A stretch of DNA of 64,000 bases from Eledone cirrhosa. Its lineage: Eukaryota. The stretch covers positions 40,238,001 through 40,302,000 of the forward strand of contig OZ024742.1 in the NCBI GenBank assembly GCA_964016885.1. The letters are read 5' to 3'. The notes beneath the pieces were generated by a model. That model saw only the letters and a list, made by a program, of their open reading frames with translations, was not told the origin of the DNA and searched no databases. Within the stretch, counting starts at the first letter, position 1; every line of letters begins with the position of its first letter. Positions 51,725 to 64,000 of this stretch are shown here, piece after piece. The position numbers were made by a program, and so were the translations under genes.

Positions 51725-53229
51725 TCAGTTAAAATTGATTGCTTTTTAATAGTATATTGATGGAAAGAGACTAAAGTACAATGTAACACACATGAACATA
51801 TTTATCACTCTGCAATGACACGTAAAGGTAAAATAAATTTCACCTTCATGACAACTATATTTTATCTATTATGGAGGTGATCTCATAAAAATGGGTTTAA
51901 TTGCTCTATATAGACATTGAACTTGAGAGACAGTTGTTATCATAATTTTCTAACATCAAAATATTAGCTGTTTACTGAATTTATACATTGAATTTCATCC
52001 ATTAAATTAGCATATTTATAATGAATTACTAATCATTTAGCTTTTATTTTTAATAGTTAATATTTATGGTTTAAGCTAGATAAGCACTGCTTACTTTGCC
52101 CAACCAGACAATGCATCATTAAGTCATATATATTTCGTCTAGCTGTGAAATTGGTCTCAGTGCTAAATCTTGCATTTAAATTCATATTATCATCATCATT
52201 GTCGTTTTAACGCCTGCTTTGCCTGCTAGTAAGGGTTGGACTTACGTATTTGTCAATGTGTGTGGCTTAGTAGTCTCAGTGTTTGACATATGATAGCAAG
52301 GTTGTGAGATTGATTCCCAGCAGACTGCTGTATCCTTGATTAAGACACTTCATTTCACATTTCTACAGTCCTCTCAGCTAGAAAATATGAGTTGTATCTT
52401 TAATTCAAAAAGCCAGTTTTGTCATGTCATGCTGAATTTCTCTATGAATTACATTAAGTGTGTGTATGTGGGGGGGGGGGGGGGGGGGTCATTTTGACTG
52501 TGAAATGCTCAGTCACTTGCACATTAATTTCATGAACAGGTTATTCTATGTTTCAGACAAATGTTATACTCAACAACATTAAGTATTTGCTCATACATTC
52601 AAAACTATGGCCACACTGTGAGATGGGTTATGCTTGTCGTATCAGTGCCATCCAGTACATGGCTCCAAAACTATGGTCCACTGTGAAATGGGCTTGGCAC
52701 AGCCAACTGACCTGTTCCTTCTCATAATGGAACCATCCAGTTCCACACTGTAATTGTGGTTGGCGTTAGGAAGGGCATCCAGCTGTAAAATACCCAGCCA
52801 AATTTACAGTCCTCATTGGAACAAAGTACAGCGTGGCCAACTCTGGCCAGACTTGCCTCCAAATGTAGAGAGCTCGTCTAACCCATGCAAGCATGGAAAA
52901 ATGGACGCTAAATGGTGATGATGATGATTCAAGCAGTGCATGTAATTCTTTCTCCCCTGGTTTATCTTCCTCTACATCAATATGAGATGTTACCCAACAT
53001 CAATCTCCAGCCCAGAACCATGCACAATTTTACTAGTGTTTTATGACTCTGCATTGTATATCTACATATCGATATATGCACATACATATATACACAGGCA
53101 AACAAATATATTTACCACACATGCATGCACACATACAAACATATCAATATATGCAGTGATACACACTTATACACACCCACACATATAAGTTAGGCATCTA
53201 TAAAGATATGCTAAATAATTTCATAACAG

Positions 53230-55075
53230 CAACCACCACCACCTCCACCACCACATCCACCACCACATCCACATCCACCACAACCACCACATCCACATCC
53301 ACCACAACCCCCCCCCCCCCCCATCCACCTCCACCACCACCACCACATCCACCACCACCACCACATCCACCACAACCACCACATCCACCCCTCCCCCATC
53401 CACTACCACCACCACCACCACCACCACCACCACATCCACCACTACCACCACCACCTCCGCCCCCCCACATCCACCACCACCACATCCACCACCACCACCA
53501 CATCCGCCACAGCCACCGCATCCCCCCACACACATCCACCACCACCACATCCACCACCACCACCACCACCACCACATCCACCACTACCACCACCACCTCC
53601 ACCACCACCACATCCACCACCACCACATCCACCACCATCACCTCCACCACCACCACCTCCACCACCACCACATCCACCACCACCACATCCACCACCATCA
53701 CCTCCACCTCCACCACCACCACATCCACCACCACTACATCCACCACCATCACCTCCACCACCACCACCACCACCACCTCATCCACCACCACCTCATCCAC
53801 CACCACCTCATCCACCACCACCTCATCCACCACCACTACCACCTCATCCACCACCACATCCACCACCACCACATCCACATCCATCACCTCCACATCCACC
53901 ACCACCACCACCACCTTCACCACCATCACCACCACCACCAACACATCCACCACCACCTCCACCACATCCACCCCCATCACCTCCACCACCACCACATCCA
54001 CCACCACCTTCACCATCACCACCTTCACCTCCACCACCACCACCACCACCACATCCACCACCATCACCTCCACCACCACCACCTCATCCACCACCACCAC
54101 CACATCCACCACAACCACCACATCCACCCCCCCCCCATACACACATCCACCACTACCCCCACCCCCACCCACATCCACCACCACCACATCCACCACCACC
54201 ACCACATCCACCACAGCCACTGCATCCCCTCACATACATCCACCACCACCACATCCACCACCACCACCACCACCACCACATCCACCACTACCACCACCAC
54301 CTCCACCACCACCACATCCACCACCATCACCTCCACCACCACCACCTCCACCACCACCACATCCACCACCACCACATCCACCACCACCACATCCACCACC
54401 ACTACATCCACCACCATCACCTCCACCACCACCACCACCACCACCTCATCCACCACCACCTCATCCACCACCACCTCATCCACCACCACTACCACCTCAT
54501 CCACCACCACATCCACCACCACCACATCCAACATCCACATCCATCACCTCCACATCCACCACCACCACCACCACCTTCACCACCATCACCACCACCACCA
54601 ACACATCCACCACCACCTCCACCACATCCACCACCATCACCTCCACCACCACCACATGCACCACCACCTTCACCATCACCACCTTCACCTCCACCACCAC
54701 CACATCCACCACCATCACCTCCACCACCACCACCTCATCCACCACCTTATCCACCACCACCTCATCCACCACCACATCCACCACCATCATCTCCACCACC
54801 ACCACCTCCACCACCACTATCTCCATGTCCACCACCTCTACCTCCACCACCACTATCTCTATGTCCACCACCACCACCTCCACCACTACTATCTCCATGT
54901 CCATCACCTCTACCTCCTCCACCACCATCTCTATGTCCACCACCACCACCTCCACCACCATTATCTCCATGTCCACCACCACCACCACCACCTCCACCAC
55001 CATCTCTATGTCCACCACCACCACCTCCACCACCACTATCTCCATGACCACCACCACTACCTCCACTTCTACTAA
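53230..55075. repeat. (CCA)n-derived low-complexity array with an internal ~0.7-kb duplication
   Basis: Marker strings recur at about 53510/54214 and 53872/54532. Confidence 0.9.
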
Positions 55076-55246
55076 CACTAGCTGCCTCTTCTCTCAACAT
55101 TATCAACAACAGCTCTACCACATGAAATCTCTTAATCATTGAGTTAAATAAGATCTGAAAATGATTAGATGCCTCTGAAGACATTTTATATAGATTGTTA
55201 TCAACCTTCAATATAGAAGTTAACAACAAAAACAAGGTAATAACAA

Positions 55247-55820
55247 TAATTTCTATTTTTTGGCACAAGGCCAGCAAATACCAGTGCATTACTGGTACTT
55301 TATTGACCCCGTAAGGATGAAAGGTAAAGTTAACCTCGGTGGGATTTGAACTCAGACCGTAAAGGGACGTAACTCTTTGCTGCAAAGCATGGCGTCCGAC
55401 CCTCTACCGATACTGCCAATCCACCGCCCTTAATAATAATAATAATAATAATAATAATGGTTTCTTATATAGGCACAAGGCTAACAATTTTGGGGGAGGG
55501 GAAAGTCGATTAAATCGACCCCAGTGCATGACTGGTACTTTATTTTATCGACCCCGTAAGGATGAAAGGCAAAGTTCACCTCGGTGGGATTTGAACTCAG
55601 TCAGTAAAGGGACATAACTGTGCTGCAAAGCATGACGCCCGACCCTTACCGATAGCGTCAATCCACCGCCCAATAATAATAATAACAATTTCTCGTTTAG
55701 GCACAAGGCCAGTAATTTGGGGGAGGGGAAGTGATTAAATCGACCCAGTATGTTACTGGTGCTTTATTTTATTGACCCCATAAGGATGGAAAGCAAAGTA
55801 ACCTTGGAGGGATTAGAACT
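55247..55820 (-). mobile_element. Three tandem copies of SINE family A
   Basis: About 55247-55430, 55460-55672 and 55687-55820, separated by (TAA)n. Confidence 0.85.
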
Positions 55821-55999
55821 TACAGGCTATTATTAAGAAAGACATTTAAAATGGCACAAGACAACACATTGAGTGTGTGTATATGTTGGTGTATGAGTTT
55901 TGTGGGTAAACAGATTTAATACAGAGAGGCAACAATAAAAATATTAACAATGGGTATTCCTTAATAGGGAGGAGATGTCCAAAGGCTACTTATGAACAA

Positions 56000-57050
56000 A
56001 AACTCCATAAAACCAGTTTCTCTGACTGCTAGGGCAAGTTCCCTCTCTAAGTTCTTCAGTCCCAATTTACAGGCATATACTCAGGGCTGACACATTCACT
56101 TTGGCCATGCTTGCCACTCTCATCCACCTTTTACCTTTCACCAAAATGGCTGGCAGGCAACACATCCCTCTCCACCTTGATTTTCTTCTTGAAGTGAAAC
56201 TTGAAGATGTTGATGATGGATTCACCAAAGAGGAAAGCAATGTCTGCAGCCCCTTCAGTCATGTCCATCATACAATCTCTTTCACCATGGCCACCAGGCA
56301 TATAAAAAATGCCTGCCCTTCCCGGTTAAAGAAAGGTGGTGGGGCAATCTTCACAATGGGTTCAGTTGTTAGCCAGATCAGTCTTACACATGACAGCAGA
56401 TGTTCAACATAAACCCACAGGTTAGCAGTGCTCAGGCACTGAACAAGTGCATGCAGGACAGTTTCGTTGCTTTGCACATATCTCAGATATACTTAACTGA
56501 TGGCACTTCTATGCCTGTAGAGTTTATCTTGAACTGGCAAAGCTCCCCGGTAGCACTGCCAGGCCAGGGATTTCTGGAAGTGATCCTTCGGCCCTAGACC
56601 GAAAATCCTCTTGAAAAAAGTAGCTAGCTACTGATCTTTGACACCCAGAGGCTGTCCAAGAATGTCATCACTTTTCATCATCTCCTATAGAATGCCAAGG
56701 CAGAGTTTCCACTGGCTGAGGGCTGTAAACACTTGAACACATTCCAGTTTCTAAGTGCTCCTTCTCAGTCTTTATTTGACTGTTAAGGAAAATAGCCTCT
56801 AGATACTTGAACTTTTTTCCCCTATTACTCCACTCACATATGGAGTGCACTGCACAGGCTTTCATTGCCTCATTGATTGTAATTCCTGCTGTGTAGCACT
56901 TGGAAGTAAATCTATCTAGTGCATGTTGGAGATCATCTTCTAATCAGTTAAGTAGCACCACACTGTCTGCAAATATCAGTCAACTGATCCTACACATGCT
57001 AGTTTTGATACATCTAGTCAGGCTGCACATGTCAGTCCTGTCATGAGGAG
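56000..57050 (-). mobile_element. Highly degenerate RTE-like RT/thumb fragment
   Basis: KFKYL and SNETVL...VRLIWL remnants in broken frames. Confidence 0.5.
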
Positions 57051-58456
57051 TAAGAACACATTTTTGATTATTTTTCAAAATTATTTGTAAATTATAGGCA
57101 GTGTCTTTCATCAGAAATATGGTAATCAAAGGGTTAAATGATACACTGGCTCCTTTCAGTCTGAGAATAACTTACTTTTCTTGATGCTTCATTTTATTGC
57201 CACAAAGATGAGGATGTCATCCTGATAGATAATTATTCCCTTCAATATAAACTTCATACAATATTAGAAAATAGAGCTGCTATTTTTAGACCTATCTGAA
57301 ATCTATTGACTGAATAAAGGCTATTGCTTGAATTTATCTCACGTAATTACTTAGAATCCTCATCCAAACCAATTTGCCAAGTACATAATAGTAGAATGAT
57401 TAAAATAATGATTTCATTTATTGGCCACAAGGGCCGATAAAATAATGGAAGAAAAAAGATCTTTGCTCCCTGCATATCAGTGAACAATGTTTCAATATAG
57501 TTGAGTGAGAAGAGTTTGAATTGTATCATTTAAATGTATGTTGTAATCAGTATACATTCTTAATGTTTGTATAACTTAGTGGTTAGGGTGTTGGACTCAC
57601 AATCATATTATCTTGGGTTTAATTACTTGACCAGGCAGTATATTGTGTTCTTGAGCAAGATATTACATTTAATGCTGCTTTTCTTGATAGGGCTGGGACA
57701 CCTATCATTTAAATTCTCAAGAAACCTCGTCCAAAAGGCAACTTCACATGAGGCCAGCTAAACCTGCATAGGTGTGAGCTGTAAATTCCATGTTTTCATT
57801 ATTATTTCTTAATTAGCTATCTCCTTCTCTTCCAAACAATTGGTGATACATTATCAATACCTTTATATGAACAGACTTATAATTCTCATTACTTCAAGAC
57901 TGGGAATTTCAACTTCATTTTTTAATATGTACCGGAACTGGATGTGTGGAATAAATTCTATTTTTAAATGAACCTGATGCAGAAATTTGTCTTATAACCT
58001 TTTTATTGGTGGTAAATACTTAGCAACATAGTAACATGACATACTTTCTCAGAATACCCGCACCATTTAAACTGGTGTTATAAGGGCTATTAAACATAAC
58101 ATTGCTTAAGTGCTGTTTTTTGAATCTCCAGAGACAAACAAAGTTGTTCTAGTACCAAATATCTTTAGTTTTAAACCAAGTTAAATGTATAACTACAGGT
58201 TTTATGTTCAATAATAATTTTGTTAATAGTGAAACTAGAATGACTTACCATGCTACACCAGTATCCAATTGCATTTGAACTGTTAACCTGATGTATATCA
58301 TCATTTGCTACAAAAACTATCATTCAAAACTATTTCCTCATCATCAGACTGTTAAAGGATACAAATGCTTAACATTAACGTTATGGACAGGCTTAGTAGA
58401 ATCCAATGGTTTTGACCTGGAAAATTTGTTGATGTGGCCAAACTTACCTCAATTAA

Positions 58457-58676
58457 CCTTTTCATTATCATATATCTTACCAAAGATGCTTTCTATGATT
58501 TTCAATTAATTTTGAAAATAATCAAGAATTATTAGATAAGTGTTAGAAACATAACTAACAAAAGTTCTTGCATAAAATTATGGTGACAGGATTTTAGATA
58601 AATATAAACACTTTAAAATAAACAGCTTTATATCACAGAGACAAGGACAGTTTCAGGCAGTTTAGTATCAAAAGGG
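58457..58676. mobile_element. Second TTAA-flanked MITE family
   Basis: TTAA|CCTTTT ... TCAAAAGGG|TTAA. Related copy at 63530-63708 and partial copies near 25127-25340 and 57060-57137. Confidence 0.65.
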
Positions 58677-59066
58677 TTAAAGCATATATTCCCATATGCA
58701 AGACAGGATCCTGAGGGACATGAATATCAGCATCTGCTGTAATTGACTTTGATTGTAAAAAAGTTTTAAAAATCGATTATATACATAGCAACAATATTCT
58801 CACAAGAAATTTGATTAGACTTCAAAGAGGTTTAGTCTATAGTCTGATAAGTATCATCCTTTTTATCATCATCAGTTTTACATCAGCTTTGGAATTAGAT
58901 ATGACACTTTGATGTTGTATACAAACACACAGTTACACAAGCACATGTGTGTGTGTGTGCATGTATATATATGTGTGTGTGTGTGTGGTAAACAGAAATA
59001 ACAAAACAAACGGCACAGTAAATGAAAGAAATATATTAGTTTAATGCTTTAAATAACATGAAGAGG

Positions 59067-59104
59067 ATCTTAACGTTTCAGACACTAGTCCTTCATCAGA
59101 AGAT
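59067..59104 (-). ncRNA. Very short hammerhead ribozyme
   Basis: Minus strand ATCTT-CTGATGA-AGGAC tagt GTCT-GAAA-CGTTA-AGAT. Confidence 0.65.
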
Positions 59105-59248
59105 AGAGTTAGAAATAGAAGATAAATAAGAAGTAAAGAGTGATGAGAGGAAGGAACGGGGAAAACGAAAAAAGAATTGGGGAGAAAAAAACATGCGTGC
59201 GTATTCATTCGGTCATCTTTATTTTATGTATATATATATACAGTATGT

Positions 59249-59593
59249 AGGCACATGGCTTAGTGGTTAGAGCATTGGCCTTGCAATCAAAAGGTTGTGA
59301 GTTCAATTCTCAGACCGGGTGATGTGTTGTTTCCTTGAACAAGACACTTTATTTCACATTGCTCCAGTTTACTCAGCTGTAGAAATGAGATGATAGGGAC
59401 TGGGGTCCATATCATTCCACTGCAAAGTGGTCGTGCAGGTGCCACGGCAAAAAAGCACCCAGCCCACACAGTAAATGAGATTGGTGTTAGGAAGGGCATC
59501 CAGCTGTAGAAATCAAGCCAGAATCAGTTCCCGTCCCACCCTTGCAAGCAGGGAAAAAGCGGACGTACAATGAAATGATGATGAAATGATGAT
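59249..59593 (+). mobile_element. SINE family B copy
   Basis: High similarity to 36048-36382. Confidence 0.85.
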
Positions 59594-59989
59594 ATATACC
59601 ATCATCATCATCATCAATGCTTTCTATGCTTTCATGGGTTTCATGGGTCTTTTCCAGCACAGCACCCTTCCACTAGTTGTGGTATTTCATCATCTTCTGA
59701 GAGCTTCAGTGATTTGAGATCAGCTCTCACAACCTCAGCCCAGGTCTTGCTTGGTCTCCCTCTACTGCAACACCCATTCACTGGGACCTCTGGCCACTTC
59801 TTCAACCAATGTTCATCATCCATATACATTACATGGCCATACCAACACAGTTTTCTCTTTTGCATACCACAAACAATGAGGATCATGATGAGGACAATGA
59901 TGATGAAGCAGAACCAATGATAAACAAGAAGAAATATTATCTCAAGTGCCACTTTTGAATTTAACAAATAGTTATTGGATTAAACAAAC

Positions 59990-60135
59990 TCTCTGTCTCT
60001 CTGTATGCCTGTCTGTCTTCCTCTCTTTCTCTCTCTTTCTCTCTCTCTCTCTCTATATGCCTGTCTGTCTTCCTCTCTTTCTCTCTCTTTCTCTCTCTCT
60101 CTCTCTCTATGTATGCCTGTCTGTCTTCCTCTCTT

Positions 60136-60180
<45 letters not shown>

Positions 60181-60205
60181 GTATGCCTGTCTGTCTTCCT
60201 CTCTT

Positions 60206-60252
<47 letters not shown>

Positions 60253-60308
60253 GCCTGTCTGTCTTCCTCTCTTTCTCTCTCTCTCTCTCTGTATGCCTGC
60301 CTGTCTTC

Positions 60309-60354
<46 letters not shown>

Positions 60355-60395
60355 GTATGCCAGTCTGTCAGCCCCCTCTCTCTCTTTCTCTTTCA
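59990..60395. repeat. (CT)n minisatellite punctuated by ATGCCTGTCTGTCTTCCT
   Basis: About 7 units seen directly. Confidence 0.9.
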
Positions 60396-61774
60396 CCGAC
60401 ACACACATATAACATGTACAAATATGAAAATAAAAATAAATTAAATAAGATAAATTAAAATAAAATAAAAGCTGACAGAAATATTTAGACATGAAAATCC
60501 AGAAGGGGATAATGCAAGGAATATCTAGGGTGGGTAAAATCCCCGAGACCCATGGATGAGTTCTCTCCAACGGTCTCTGTCCCTCATTATCGCTGCCATG
60601 TCCTGCATCTCCAACAGACCAGTGTCTGTCCTTAGGGCATCAACATACGTTAACCTTAGTCTTCCTCTTCTAGTGTGTTCATGTAGGGGCTCCCACAGGA
60701 GCACTGAGTGCAATGTCAACTCTGGATGTCGGTGAGCATGTCCAGCTAACCTCAGTCTCCTCTGTGTCACTTTTGAGCTGACTTTTGGGATGCTCCCAGT
60801 ATTTGACTGGTATTTTATTTTATTGATCTTGGAATAGGGAAAGGCATAGTTGACTTCAGTGAGATTTTAACTCAGAACATAAAGAGCTGGAACGAATATA
60901 GCAATGGCATTTCATCTTTTACTCTCCCAATTCTGCAAAACACTACTCCTATCTTTCTATCATCATCATCATTTTACATCTGCTTTTCCATGTTTGGAGA
61001 GGTCCTTTTTAGCACAGCATCTCTCCACTTGTCACAATCCTTTGTCTTCTCTACCATGAGTCTCAGTGTTTTGAGATCAGCTTTCACTACCTCCGCCCAG
61101 GTATTCCTTGGTCTTCCTCGACAGTAGCTTTTTTCTATATGTTTATAAATAATAAGTGGATCTTCCCTCAGTCTTGATGATGAATAATCCAGTTGTTTGA
61201 TCAACTGAGCTACCTAGTTATTGAATTATAGTGTAAGTGGTTGAGTATTTCAGGCATTAACATAATTCTTAGGCACAGTCAGTATGATACAATGTGTAAC
61301 CAGAATGAGTCTTGGAATTACAGGTAAGATCCATCTAAGGAACTCCCATGTAATTTTCATCAGCTTGATTTCACTTGAGGCTATAATGGTTTCTGATTTA
61401 GGTACAAGGCCAGCAATTTTGGGGGAGGGAAAAGTCGATTAAATTGCCCCAGTGTGTGACTGGTACATTATTTTATCGACCTTGTAAGGATGAAATGCAA
61501 AGTTAACCTTGGTGGGATTTGAACTCAGAATGTAAAGGGCTCTAAGTCTATGTCATAACACATTGTCCGACGCTCTACCGATACTGCCAATTCGCTGCCC
61601 TACTTGAGGCTATAATAAAGGGCATTTTCTCAAGACGCTGTGCAGTAAGATTGAACTCAGGACCTCAAGGTTGTGAAGCAACTTCTTTAAGACACAGCTA
61701 TGCCTGCATCTAAGTATGCTTATAAACACACACATTATATATATGTGCATGTGAGTATATAAATATATATATGC

Positions 61775-61846
<72 letters not shown>

Positions 61847-64000
61847 AGATAGATAGGTAATAAGCAGGCTGGAACAAAGTATCAAGATTGTACCTTATAC
61901 ATTTTTCATTTCCACAAGACAGGTGTTTCATTGTCGATCAGCTCAAGGTATGATCGATTATGATCAGGACTGACTCTGTAATCCATACCTCCTCATATAT
62001 GTGAGTCCTATGTGTAAATGCTTACATCCAAATACCTAATGTGTAAGCATTTACACACAAGACTCACATATCAATGGAGCTATCAATTACAGAGTTGGCA
62101 CATTATGTTGTTGTGCAAAATACTTAATTTCCTGTTCCTCCTTCCACCAGGAGCTGTAACCAGTAGATAGTATCAGTAATAAAAAGATCAATGGAATCAT
62201 TGTTTCTTTGGTTTCATTTGATGATCAGCTCCTTTCCTTTCCTTCCATTGTTTCCTATCGTTATACCACTGTGGTACCTTGTATCTTCCTACCTTGTTTA
62301 TATCCTTATAATATTATATTAATTCATTTGTTTATCACTTATACTACTATTACCTCTCCTATATCATCCTGTTTCTTATCTGTTTGAAACATGCTTTCCT
62401 GGATTTCGACCTCAGTATTACTGTTTATTGTTGATTCACCCGTGGCAGTTCCAACGGCAAATGTTCAAGTTGTTTGAACAATGGAACAACTTGCTCATGA
62501 AATTAATGTACAAGAGACTGAGAATTGCATGGACACATGCTCCCTTAATGTAGTTGATGGGGTGATTCAGCATTACATGAAAACAAAACATAGAGATCAT
62601 TAATAAATATGAAACTGGTGCCAGGACCGGATTTTGGACAAATGAGGCCCAGTGCTAGTTAAGTTCTGAGGACCCTTAAATTTGAAAAATTCATCATAAA
62701 AAATCTTGTTGGCAAGAAGATGCCCCCCTCCCACACACACACACACTTCCTGGCCAACAGGGCCCTGTGCTTAAGCACACCTAAGTACAATGGTAAATCT
62801 GGCACTGGCTGGTGCTATGAAAGGTAAAATAGACAGTGACTATGCCATGAATAAATCTATGACAAGAGGTGGTAAATGATATGGCCCATGGGTTAGATCC
62901 AGCCAACAGTTTCAATTTACCCGACTCACAGACTTCATGCATACAGAAATTCATTGCTTTCCTTATCAATCTTTGGTTAACGAACACTCATATTGTGCTT
63001 GTTCTGTTGATAACCTTAGAACTCAGGTGTTGTGTTATTTCTACTTTTCCAATTAATTCACAAATATTATTCCGCATTGCATTTCTGGTTTAACAAAAGA
63101 AACACATTATTAACATGATTAAATGATGTTATTTTATTAAGAAACACCTGCTCTTTTGTGAAAAAAAACATTTTTTTCATGTCAAACATCTACACTGAAA
63201 GACATTTAAATAATTAATAAAGAAGCTGTTTCCATGACCATATATGATCTCCATTTCATATTTTATAAGTCTTAACTCAAAATACATAAAAATACCATTT
63301 CCAATCCAGCTTGCCTGTGAAAGGTTTACTGACCCCAGTTTCATATTTATTAATGATCTCTATGTTTTGTACAAAGTATTTTGAAATGAGATGTTTTCAA
63401 GATCCAGTGCTTCATCTTCTGGTCTACAAACAACCAGAAGATCAACTACAATGGTTGATGTGGAATGTTTGCTATCAATATGGATTGATATCTGTAATCA
63501 AAGTCAGATTTATGTCAGGGTGCAATTAACCTTTTTCCTTATCATAATTCTAATGAAACGCACAGTAAATTTCGAAAATAATCAAGAATATTCTGGTATT
63601 TGGAGCATAATAAAAGTTTTTATATAATATTGCCATGGAAGTTTTTAAAATAAATATAACAATTCAAAACAGTTTTGTGTTGTCAAACCAGGCGTGGTTT
63701 CAAAAGGGTTAAAGTAAAAGCAATGAGTGTGGATGAAATTTTAAAGGGAAAACTGCTACGGAGGGAATAGAAAGGAAGGAGGACAGCTAAGCATGCAATC
63801 AGTTCAAACAAAGAACAAGTCTTCAGGGTTCAGTTCTGTTGTGCAGCACTTTGGACAGCTCTCTTGTACTGTATCTTCAGGTTGACAAATGACATTTGAG
63901 TTGAATTTGGTAGACAGAAACTGCACAAAGTCTGTTCTATATTTATGTATGTATGTGTATATATACATATATCTGTGTTTGTGTGTGTGTATGTGTGTAT

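Noticed and set aside
53208-55142. 644-aa Thr/Pro-rich mucin-like ORF (also 16266-17039, 47212-47804, 48546-49448, 59946-60570)
   Set aside because: These are stop-free frames produced by triplet or dinucleotide repeats. They are open in several frames on both strands and have no splice or domain support.
58325-58350. CTGATGA on the minus strand (also 57109-57115)
   Set aside because: There is no stem II closing onto GAAA and no stem I, so these are not counted as hammerheads.

Overview
Eukaryotic, AT-rich, repeat-dense DNA. The repeat repertoire and microsatellite load suggest a coleoid cephalopod, probably an octopus (inference). The only host gene I can identify is a minus-strand SLC35F6-like transporter, with three small spliced exons (40085-39909, 39063-38953, 19714-19559) and very large introns. 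The rest is mostly mobile DNA: a near full-length RTE LINE with several truncated copies, an R4/Dong-type LINE with an uninterrupted 966-aa ORF inside a (TAA)n tract, a DD37D (maT) Tc1/mariner element, Penelope-like GIY-YIG remnants, three tRNA-derived SINE families, TTAA-flanked MITEs and mini/microsatellites. The most striking signal not shown by the ORF track is about a dozen sequence-diverse minimal type-I hammerhead ribozyme motifs. They mostly lie in small (TA)n-flanked, often fold-back elements and are often followed by AATAAA. There are also palindromic elements that look like hammerheads symmetrised around stem II. All structures were folded and compared by eye, and repeat boundaries are approximate.
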